From an uncultured bacterium (lineage in GTDB: Bacteria; Armatimonadota; UBA5829): a stretch of DNA of 64,000 bases. Each line of letters starts with the position of its first letter. The first letter of the stretch is position 1. A program made the translations under genes and the position numbers. The notes under the pieces were generated by a model that searched no databases, was not told the origin of the DNA, and saw only the letters and a program-made list of their open reading frames with translations. The DNA lies in contig CALJES010000012.1 of NCBI GenBank assembly GCA_938074205.1, positions 192,080 through 256,079 of the forward strand, in the 5' to 3' direction. Shown in pieces: positions 18,333 to 26,130 of the stretch.

Positions 18333-19163
18333 GTGTCAGCGCTCGCATCTGTCCTGTGCCGAAGACCGAGACGAAGGAACCGGATAACAGTGAGGAGAGC
18401 CGGCTACACAGTTGTAGAGTTACTTACTGTGGTGGCGATTATTGCTACTTTCGCCGCAATAATAACACCCGTGTTGATTCAATCGAAAGAGGCAGCGCGG
18501 ATGCGGGTGTGTGCATCGAACCTAAGACAGCTCGGATCTGCTATTCTGCGCTATGCCGAAGACCATGGAGGATATGGGCTGCCTGCTCCGCCCCAGCAAT
18601 ACAGAAACCCGTGGATATTATGTCCCAAACCTCTCATACCTCAGTATCTGCCACAGTCTGTTGATCCTTTTGCTAGCTCTGTACTGAGCACTGCCCTTCC
18701 GTATCCTGGTATTGCGCCGGAAGAAAGGCCAAAGTGGCTTTGGGTGTGTCCGGGTGACACCAATCGAGGATCGGCAGAGCTCGAGAGGCCTTGTTGGTGG
18801 AACTTTGGTTCCAGTTTCAGATACCCCGGCCCCAAGGCGTATCTGAGTGGCGAGCGCTATATGCAGAGAAACAATCTATCCCCTCGAAAAATAACTCTTT
18901 GGAAAAATCCAAACCGGGATATACTTCTGGCCGACCACTTCGATGACTTTCACAATGGATCACGCGCGGAACGCAAAATGGGTGAGGATTCTCTCTTTTC
19001 GCCCACATGGATAAAGATCAAATGCGTGAATCTGCTCTTTCTCGATCTACACGTATCGGCGGTTACACCGGGGCAGAGAAACGAGTACCAGCGATATACG
19101 TTGGAAGATGATAATCCCTATTTCAAACCTTCGGCTGAGTCTCGCGTATACCAGCGCCCCTGA
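18333..19163 (+). CDS. Prepilin-type N-terminal cleavage/methylation-domain protein with a DUF1559 (H-X9-DG) domain; probable GTG start at 18390
   Basis: Class-III signal/pilin-like N-terminus RRAGYTVVELLTVVAIIATFAAI and an RBS AAGGA 12 nt upstream of GTG 18390. C-terminal aromatic-rich domain; similar in architecture to the two paralogs at 42.2-43.7 kb. Confidence 0.7.
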   Translation: MSALASVLCRRPRRRNRITVRRAGYTVVELLTVVAIIATFAAIITPVLIQSKEAARMRVCASNLRQLGSAILRYAEDHGGYGLPAPPQQYRNPWILCPKPLIPQYLPQSVDPFASSVLSTALPYPGIAPEERPKWLWVCPGDTNRGSAELERPCWWNFGSSFRYPGPKAYLSGERYMQRNNLSPRKITLWKNPNRDILLADHFDDFHNGSRAERKMGEDSLFSPTWIKIKCVNLLFLDLHVSAVTPGQRNEYQRYTLEDDNPYFKPSAESRVYQRP

Positions 19164-20310
19164 CGACCGACAGGAGCAGAAAGTCCACAAATAGCAAGCT
19201 AAAGCAAATCCACAACGCATTCGCCAAACCCAAATTGTCGGCAGAGAATCCTATCAGCGGGGGAAACACTGCGGCCCCGAGTGATCCTGCGGCCATCACG
19301 ATAGATGAAACCGACCCCGTCGCTCTCGGGTAAGCCGAATTGGCGCGACTTACGATGGTGGGGAACACTGGTCCGAGAAATATCCCGAGTAGAAAAGCTG
19401 CTATGGCACCAGAGATTGAGGTATCAAGGATTATTAGGGCAGCCTGACACGCAGCTGCCAAGAATAGGGCCGTTCGTAAAAGAGTATATTCCGGCACGTG
19501 GTGCAGCATCCAAGCCGCCAGCAGGCGCCCGATTCCGATGCCCAGCCACATGAAAGAAGGGCTCGACGCAGCTAGAGAACTGCCTGCGCCCAGGTAGCGC
19601 TTGAAGTACACGGAAAGCCACGTTGACTGACCTATCTCCGCTCCCACATAAAGGAAGATGGCAATCGCCATTACCCAAACTCCACCGTCGCTTATTATCA
19701 AAAGTGTCGCCGAGTTTCCATCATCGCGGCTGTCTCGCCATTCTCGATGGAGCACGAGTGCCAGAACGTTGATAAGCATTCCCAGGAAGCAGAACGATCC
19801 CGCACCAAAGTAGCCGATTCGCCAACTTTCCCCTGCACGTAGCGTCCAACCTATTCCCAATGGTGCAATGACTGCCCCTATTCCGAACATCGCCTGTGCC
19901 AGGTTCATAACCGCAGATCTTCTCGGACCTTCGTAGACATCCGCCAAGAGTGCCATGGAAGTCGCTTCTGAGAAGCCGCCGCCTATTCCGAAAAGCGCTG
20001 CGCCCACGATCAAACAGTAGAAGCCGTGTGAAAAAGCAAAAGCTGCCGCGCCGGCGGTCATAGAAGCACATCCCAGCGCCATCAATGGCAGTTTCCCCAA
20101 TCTGTCCGACAGAATACCTGCAGGAATGACCGTGAAGAAGAATCCAAGCATTGTTGCCAGGGAGATCTGGCCGAGTTGTACCAGGGACAATCGCCATTCC
20201 GCAGCAATCTCGTTGTTGCAGGCGGGGGTTATCAGCAGAACTATAGCATACGACAGCAAGCTGGCAAAAGCAGCCGCTGAGGCAATTATTGGACTGGAAC
20301 CAATAGCCAT
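19123..20310 (-). CDS. MFS transporter
   Basis: 395 aa with about 12 predicted TM helices and MFS-like loops (GILSDRLGK between TM2 and TM3). Its 3' end overlaps the previous CDS by about 40 nt. Confidence 0.7.
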   Translation of the reverse strand: MAIGSSPIIASAAAFASLLSYAIVLLITPACNNEIAAEWRLSLVQLGQISLATMLGFFFTVIPAGILSDRLGKLPLMALGCASMTAGAAAFAFSHGFYCLIVGAALFGIGGGFSEATSMALLADVYEGPRRSAVMNLAQAMFGIGAVIAPLGIGWTLRAGESWRIGYFGAGSFCFLGMLINVLALVLHREWRDSRDDGNSATLLIISDGGVWVMAIAIFLYVGAEIGQSTWLSVYFKRYLGAGSSLAASSPSFMWLGIGIGRLLAAWMLHHVPEYTLLRTALFLAAACQAALIILDTSISGAIAAFLLGIFLGPVFPTIVSRANSAYPRATGSVSSIVMAAGSLGAAVFPPLIGFSADNLGLANALWICFSLLFVDFLLLSVVRGAGIRETQPKV

Positions 20311-20451
20311 GTCTCGTCGATTAAACTTTGTGCTTCACGCGCATTCTTTGCACCCAATCATCCTTGACTGGGCGCCGGTCTTTTTCCTCTTTTTCCTTGG
20401 CCACTTGCAGGACTTTTTTGTCGGCTTAGCCGAAGTAGAAGGATAGACACT

Positions 20452-21624
20452 TTGAGGAGACAACACACGATGCCCTTTCACACTGTGCTGCTAGCTGCCT
20501 GCTTAGGGGCAACAAACTCGGCTGCAGAGACGGCGTCGACAAAGCTGCCGCAGATACGTGCAATGTGGGTGGCCAGATGGGATATTACAACCCCAGATGA
20601 GTGCAGCACGTTGGTTCGGCTTGCAGAGCAATACGGATTCAATACTCTCGTTGTTCAGGTAAGAGGACGAGGCGATGCGCTCTACAAGTCGTCCTATGAG
20701 CCGCGCTGCGAACTCCTCAAGGGTCAACCTGATGACTTTGATCCACTTGGGACAATCCTTGAGCAGGCAAAGCGGGCGGGTATCGCGGTGCACGCGTGGA
20801 TCAATGCAAACTACACCTGGGATTCCGAAAATCCGCCTTCCTCGCCTGAGCACATAGTGAACAAACACCCCGATTGGCTGATGCGGGATGAAGATAACAA
20901 AATCGTGATGACAGCGGCAAGGGATGCCGAAGGAGCTTACACTTGTCCGTCAAATCAGGCATTCCAAGAATTTCTGAAGAACGTATATCTTGATGTAGCC
21001 ACTCGCTATGATGTCGACGGTGTGCACTTTGACTTCATACGCTATCCCAGCCCTCGGTTCTGCTATTGCGACCGTTGTCTGCAGCTTTTCAAAACTCAGA
21101 TGGATGAGCGAATAATGCCGGAGAGGCGAAAAGAGCTAGCCAACACGCAAGACAGACTAACATACCCACGCGCCTTCCCTCGTGAATGGGATAAATTCAG
21201 GCGTGAACAGGTTACCAGTCTGGTCTACCGAGTATACGATGCGGTTAAAGCCGTGCGGCCACAAGTGATAGTTTCAGCCGCGGTGTTCCCGGATTATTCA
21301 GACGCATTCAGTCGCAGGTTTCAGGATTGGAAGAAATGGCTCAAGGACGAAAAGCTGGATATGCTTTTCCCCATGTCTTACGTAAAGTCTACAGAGCGCC
21401 TTGCCGAGCTCGTAGAAGACGCTGTTCGGTCGAGCAACGGCAAACCTGTCGTTGCAGGCATCGGAGCCTGGCAGATACCACCGGAGCAAGCAGTTGAACA
21501 GGTAAGAAAGGCTTGCGAGCTGGGAGCAGCTGGGTATTGTCTTTTTTCCTATTCTATCACGAAAAAGGGCACTGACACGGACTACCTCAAAAAGGTGAGC
21601 GAAGCGGTGGTGAACAACCCTTAG
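20452..21624 (+). CDS. Secreted glycoside-hydrolase-like family 10 (GHL10/DUF4015) TIM-barrel protein
   Basis: Signal peptide, then MWVARWDITTP..FNTLVVQVRGRGDALYKS..AVHAWINANYTW, which is characteristic of the GHL10 family. Confidence 0.55.
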   Translation: MRRQHTMPFHTVLLAACLGATNSAAETASTKLPQIRAMWVARWDITTPDECSTLVRLAEQYGFNTLVVQVRGRGDALYKSSYEPRCELLKGQPDDFDPLGTILEQAKRAGIAVHAWINANYTWDSENPPSSPEHIVNKHPDWLMRDEDNKIVMTAARDAEGAYTCPSNQAFQEFLKNVYLDVATRYDVDGVHFDFIRYPSPRFCYCDRCLQLFKTQMDERIMPERRKELANTQDRLTYPRAFPREWDKFRREQVTSLVYRVYDAVKAVRPQVIVSAAVFPDYSDAFSRRFQDWKKWLKDEKLDMLFPMSYVKSTERLAELVEDAVRSSNGKPVVAGIGAWQIPPEQAVEQVRKACELGAAGYCLFSYSITKKGTDTDYLKKVSEAVVNNP

Positions 21625-21725
21625 CTTATGTATTAACATACATGAACTGCGGGACTTACGGGACTGTTCGGTTAGTATGGTCTCCAGGTTAAAAGACAAA
21701 TACAAAAGGGGAGAGGAGAAATAGG

Positions 21726-23165
21726 TTGGCGCAAATCAGGTTAAACAGGCAAGAGCTCTGGAACAAAATCTACGGCTGTTGGCTTGGAAAAAACATCGGC
21801 GGCACGCTTGGCACGCCATTCGAGGGCAGAACCGATATCAATAACGTCTCGTTTTACAGCCAGCCTACACACGGCGAGCCACTTCCAAATGACGACTTGG
21901 ATTTGCAGTTGGTATGGCTGCAAGCAGTTCGCGAAAACGGACCCAAAGGAATAAATAGCACGCTGCTTGGTGAGTACTGGCTGAACTATATCTCCCCGTA
22001 CTGGAATGAGTACGGCATTTGCAAAGCAAACATGAGGGCTGGATTGTTGCCTCCGCTATCGGGTGAATACCGAAACCATTGGAAACATTCGAACGGTGCG
22101 TGGATACGGTCTGAGATATGGGCGTGTTTGGCGCCGGGCTGTCCCGATATTGCCATAGCTCACGCATACGAGGATGCATCAGTAGATCACGGCGGAGGTG
22201 AAGGAACATATGCAGCTCTTTTCACCGCTGCGGTTGAGAGTGCAGCGTTTGTTGTCCATGACCGTGATGAATTGATCAGAATAGGTCTGTCTAAGATTCC
22301 ACCCGACTGCCGAGTAGCACGCGCGATCAAAACGGCGGTCGAAGCTTACGCCGCAGGCAAGAGCTGGCAGGAAGCACGTAACCTTGTTGTGGAAGATAGT
22401 GCAGATCTCGGTTGGTTCCAAGCGCCTGCCAACGTAGCCTTTGTAGTAATCGGCTGGCTCTACGGCGAGGGCGATTTCGGGAGGAGCATTTGCACGGCTG
22501 TCAACTGCGGCGACGATACGGACTGCACTGGCGCCACCTTAGGCGCCATATTGGGTATAATTCTCGGCAAAGACGGCATTCCCGAAGAATGGATCGAACC
22601 CATAGGGAACCGAATACTTACAGTCGCGATCGACCGCGGGTCGATTAGAGTCCCGAATACCCTGGACGAGCTTACCGACCAAGTTATGCAACAGGTCCCA
22701 GTGGTTCTGGGATCATACGGAGCACCGGTTGAGATCACAGAAGGCGCGTCTGATCTTTCCGGACTCGAACAGACAGCTCTTAGCGCCGACACGATAGCGC
22801 GACAGATCTGGAGCAAATCCCCGTTTGCCGTTACTCACGACTTTGTCCATACGCTCGTAACTCTCGACTATGGTCGAGAACCGGACATCAGTGAAGGAGA
22901 ACCGTTCCTGCTCAAGGTCACACTACAAAACAAGATGCCCGATTGTCGACACGTCGAACTCGTTTGGCACTTGCCTGAGTGTTGGGACGTTTCTCCAAGC
23001 CCTATGAACCACGTAGTATTGTGGAACTATGGGGCTAATACAGCCATAGTGGAAGTGCAAGTCACTCCTCAACAGCTTTACGGTGGCACCTACAGAGGAT
23101 TTCTGGAGGTACGCGCCCAGGGCAGACCGACTGTTGGAATCATCCCATTGGTGTTTTTCGCATGA
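21726..23165 (+). CDS. ADP-ribosylglycohydrolase-family protein with an extra C-terminal domain
   Basis: N-terminal GCWLGKNIGGTLGTPFEG and C-terminal GDDTDCTGATLGAILG bracket the ARH/DraG fold, with about 140 extra C-terminal residues. The stop overlaps the argS start (ATGA). Confidence 0.7.
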   Translation: MAQIRLNRQELWNKIYGCWLGKNIGGTLGTPFEGRTDINNVSFYSQPTHGEPLPNDDLDLQLVWLQAVRENGPKGINSTLLGEYWLNYISPYWNEYGICKANMRAGLLPPLSGEYRNHWKHSNGAWIRSEIWACLAPGCPDIAIAHAYEDASVDHGGGEGTYAALFTAAVESAAFVVHDRDELIRIGLSKIPPDCRVARAIKTAVEAYAAGKSWQEARNLVVEDSADLGWFQAPANVAFVVIGWLYGEGDFGRSICTAVNCGDDTDCTGATLGAILGIILGKDGIPEEWIEPIGNRILTVAIDRGSIRVPNTLDELTDQVMQQVPVVLGSYGAPVEITEGASDLSGLEQTALSADTIARQIWSKSPFAVTHDFVHTLVTLDYGREPDISEGEPFLLKVTLQNKMPDCRHVELVWHLPECWDVSPSPMNHVVLWNYGANTAIVEVQVTPQQLYGGTYRGFLEVRAQGRPTVGIIPLVFFA

Positions 23166-25096
23166 TTCAGGAGCAAGTAGGACGCACAATTCGAAGAATT
23201 CTAGGAACAAACGAAGTTACTTTCAATATCCCACCGAAGCGGGAGTTCGGCGATTTTTCGACTGCTGTGTGTCTGGCACAGGCTCGCGTTCAGAAACGTC
23301 CGCCACTAGAAATCGCGCAGGAGTTAGCTCAGGAGCTCTTAAAAAGCAAGTTGCCGTTTATACGAGAAGTAACGGTTACCCCGCCGGGTTATGTTAATTT
23401 CAAAATCGACCATCCGAAGTACGTCCGCTCCGTAATCGAGCGCGTCAGGCGTTTGGGTCCACAGTATGGCCGGACGAACGTGGGTCGCGGTCGCAAAGTG
23501 CTGGTTGAACACACGAACGTAAACCCGAACAAGGCTATGCATATTGGTCACCTTAGAAATGCAGTGATCGGTGACTCCATTGTGCGTATTCTAGACCGCT
23601 TGGGCTACACGGTTGAAGCTGCTAATTACATCGACGACACGGGGGTTCAGGTAGCGGATGTGGTAGTTGGTATGCTTTACCTGGATGAGCCCCGATACAA
23701 TGGTAAGTCCGAAGATATGTCCGACATCTGGGCAAAATACGATGGCAAGCAGCCTTTCGACTACTGGTGCTGGGACCTATACGCCCGAGTGTCTCAGGAA
23801 TACGAAACGAACGAACCTCTGAAGGCCAAGCGCGCTGAGGTTCTTCATCTTATAGAAAAACGGGACAATCCTGTTGCCAAGTTCGCCAAAGAACTCGCAA
23901 CAAGGATAGTTAAGGCACATCTGGCTACGGTTGGACGGCTAAACGTCTACTATGACCTGTTGAACTGGGAATCCGACATTTACGAGCGCGGGTTTTGGAA
24001 CGCGGCGTTCGAGCTGTTGAAGCAGCGGGGTGTAATTGAGTTTGAGACGGAGGGTCCCAACGCAGGTTGTTGGGTGGTTCGCTTCGGCAGAGGTTTGGTA
24101 CACACGGACGAAGGAATAAGAAGCGAGGATAAGATACTAGTGCGCTCCAATGGCACAGTCACATACACAGGCAAAGACATTGCCTACCAGATGTGGAAGT
24201 TTGGTGTTCTGGGCAGAGATTTTCTTTACAAGCTTTGGGGTGTGCAACCGAACGGAAAAGAATTGTGGACCACAGCTCCTGACGGCATCGAATCGGACCG
24301 CTTTGGACGGGCAGACAAGGTTATAAATGTGATCGATGTTCGACAGAGTTATACGCAGCAGGTGGTGTACGATTGTCTTAGGAGAATAGGTTTTGTCAAA
24401 GAGGCACGCAATTCGATCCATTTGGACTACGAGGTAGTGGTGCTCTCTAGTGCTGCCGCTGCTGAACTAGGCGCCGAAGTCGAGGATGAGGGTTCTGGGA
24501 TCCAAGCGATGTCTGGCAGGAAGGGCCTCGGAGTCAAGGGAGATGATCTCATTAATACAATGGTTAATAGAGTGCGCGATAACGTGCGCTCGCCGGAAAG
24601 TGCAGAAGTACTTGCTGCAGCCGCAATTCGTTATTTTATGTCTCGAATCTCTACAGGCAAGATGATCGTTTTCGACTTCGACGAAGCTCTTCGGACAACC
24701 GGTGATACTGGAGTATACTGCCAATATGCGCATGCCCGAGCGTGCAGCATTTTGCGAAAAGCTGGTATCACGCAATTTGGCAAAGTGCAGGTGCCTGAAA
24801 ACGTGACTTTGCCCGAGCAAAATCTTGTAAAGAAGATAGCGGAATTTCCGAGCGTCATGAGGAAAGCTGGCAGAGAACTCTCACCTACACCTCTGGCACG
24901 CTACGCATTCGAGTTGGCAACGACTTTTACCGATTATTATGAGAGACCTAACCCGGAAGCATCTGAACAAGTCCCATTTATCAAAATCGAGGACCCAGTG
25001 CTCAGAACTTATCGTTTGGCACTAGTGGATACGTTTCGACAGTGTATGGCGAACTGCCTCGATGCGTTAGGAATAGCACCCCTGGAAGAGATTTGA
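23162..25096 (+). CDS. argS: Arginine--tRNA ligase
   Basis: 644 aa. Add-1-like N-terminal domain, class-I HIGH motif (AMHIGHLRNAVIGD), a catalytic Rossmann fold and the DALR anticodon-binding C-terminus. Ends with TGA. Confidence 0.9.
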   Translation: MIQEQVGRTIRRILGTNEVTFNIPPKREFGDFSTAVCLAQARVQKRPPLEIAQELAQELLKSKLPFIREVTVTPPGYVNFKIDHPKYVRSVIERVRRLGPQYGRTNVGRGRKVLVEHTNVNPNKAMHIGHLRNAVIGDSIVRILDRLGYTVEAANYIDDTGVQVADVVVGMLYLDEPRYNGKSEDMSDIWAKYDGKQPFDYWCWDLYARVSQEYETNEPLKAKRAEVLHLIEKRDNPVAKFAKELATRIVKAHLATVGRLNVYYDLLNWESDIYERGFWNAAFELLKQRGVIEFETEGPNAGCWVVRFGRGLVHTDEGIRSEDKILVRSNGTVTYTGKDIAYQMWKFGVLGRDFLYKLWGVQPNGKELWTTAPDGIESDRFGRADKVINVIDVRQSYTQQVVYDCLRRIGFVKEARNSIHLDYEVVVLSSAAAAELGAEVEDEGSGIQAMSGRKGLGVKGDDLINTMVNRVRDNVRSPESAEVLAAAAIRYFMSRISTGKMIVFDFDEALRTTGDTGVYCQYAHARACSILRKAGITQFGKVQVPENVTLPEQNLVKKIAEFPSVMRKAGRELSPTPLARYAFELATTFTDYYERPNPEASEQVPFIKIEDPVLRTYRLALVDTFRQCMANCLDALGIAPLEEI

Positions 25097-25623
25097 AAAG
25101 TATTCTTCCGCAAAGCTTTGTTCACACGTAGATGGGGCAGCGCTGGTCACACATATCTTAAGCTCTTGTGTGCGATGGTTGTAACCAAGCTGGGGATGAA
25201 CTGAGGCACTGCTAGGGTTGTACAATCATGAAATTTATCTTGATGCCAAAACCCAGTAATATTACTAGTTGATAGCAGGTTGAAATCGTACTAGAATTCC
25301 GCAAAAATGAAAACAAAGCAGCAGGGTGCTCAAGTGGGCGAATGCCGGGAGTTGTGCCGCGTCGAGCGCTGATGTGTTCGGTCGATTCGCAAGCAGTAGA
25401 GATCAATGAGCAAGCGGAAGAGGAAGATATGGGCGGGAGGTTTATATGGTTTATTACAAAAGTTGTTCTGTTAGGGGTTCTTGCGGCTTGTGTGGTGGCG
25501 GACGATATTAACCCACCGTGATGGCGTAAGCTCGATGGAACCACATTCGCAAGATGGGAGTTCGGCACTGCCGATCTCAGACCTGCGCCCGATGCTGTAT
25601 TCAATCCGAACGGAATTCCCTTC

Positions 25624-26064
25624 GTGGATATATTCCCAGGTCACCTTTGGAATAGAGAGTATGCTGGGCGCATGGGATTATGGCCGCTTTCCGGGCTGAT
25701 AGTGATCGACATCTCGAACTACGGGCCGCCGAACCCCTATAAGTTGGTATGGATTCAGATTACTTGGACGTCGGAATCGCCTTACGCGGAACCAGTTGTA
25801 GATGAACTACTGTTCAAGGAGCGTGGCGAATTAGTGCAGCGAATCCATGTCGGACCCGTTGGTGCGGCGCTCTGGTGGCACGATACCTACTTGATCAAAA
25901 TCAAAATACTCCCCAATCCTACACGTGAAGTACTGCGTGTGCAGGGTGCAGTATGGGTTGACGAAGTAGTAGTTGACACCTATTGCGTTCCGGAGCCATC
26001 AACTACGGCAGCACTGGGCAGCATGGTGATTATGTTGGGCTTTGCGCTCCGACGAAGACGATAA
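25624..26064 (+). CDS. PEP-CTERM sorting-domain protein. The mature part is given here; the signal-peptide exon-like ORF at 25429..25518 lies in the same frame upstream of an in-frame TGA.
   Basis: C-terminus VPEPSTTAALGSMVIMLGFALRRRR is the VPEP motif, a TM helix and an Arg-rich tail. Frame 1 from ATG 25429 encodes MGGRFIWFITKVVLLGVLAACVVADDINPP, then TGA (25519..25521), then continues into this ORF. Confidence 0.6.
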   Translation: MDIFPGHLWNREYAGRMGLWPLSGLIVIDISNYGPPNPYKLVWIQITWTSESPYAEPVVDELLFKERGELVQRIHVGPVGAALWWHDTYLIKIKILPNPTREVLRVQGAVWVDEVVVDTYCVPEPSTTAALGSMVIMLGFALRRRR

Positions 26065-26093
26065 CCATCTCTTTGCGACTGCAGCGTGCTCGG

Positions 26094-26130
26094 TGCTGGA
26101 GGAACTCATAGCTCCTCCAGCACTGTTTTT
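26094..26130 (+). terminator. Rho-independent terminator downstream of the PEP-CTERM gene
   Basis: Perfect 10-bp inverted repeat TGCTGGAGGA/TCCTCCAGCA with a 9-nt loop, followed by CTGTTTTT. Confidence 0.45.

Noticed and set aside
25519-25521. Selenocysteine interpretation of the in-frame TGA in the PEP-CTERM gene
   Set aside because: No convincing SECIS-like stem-loop immediately downstream, and a Sec residue two positions after a signal-peptidase site has no functional rationale. Pseudogene, error or readthrough is more parsimonious, but this cannot be settled without reads or orthologues.
25212-25604. 130-aa minus-strand ORF and 72-aa plus-strand ORF (25481..25699) around the PEP-CTERM 5' region
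   Set aside because: The region is better explained by a Sec signal peptide + in-frame TGA + PEP-CTERM mature domain, all in frame 1 of the plus strand. The alternative ORFs are Ser/Thr/Arg-rich with no features.
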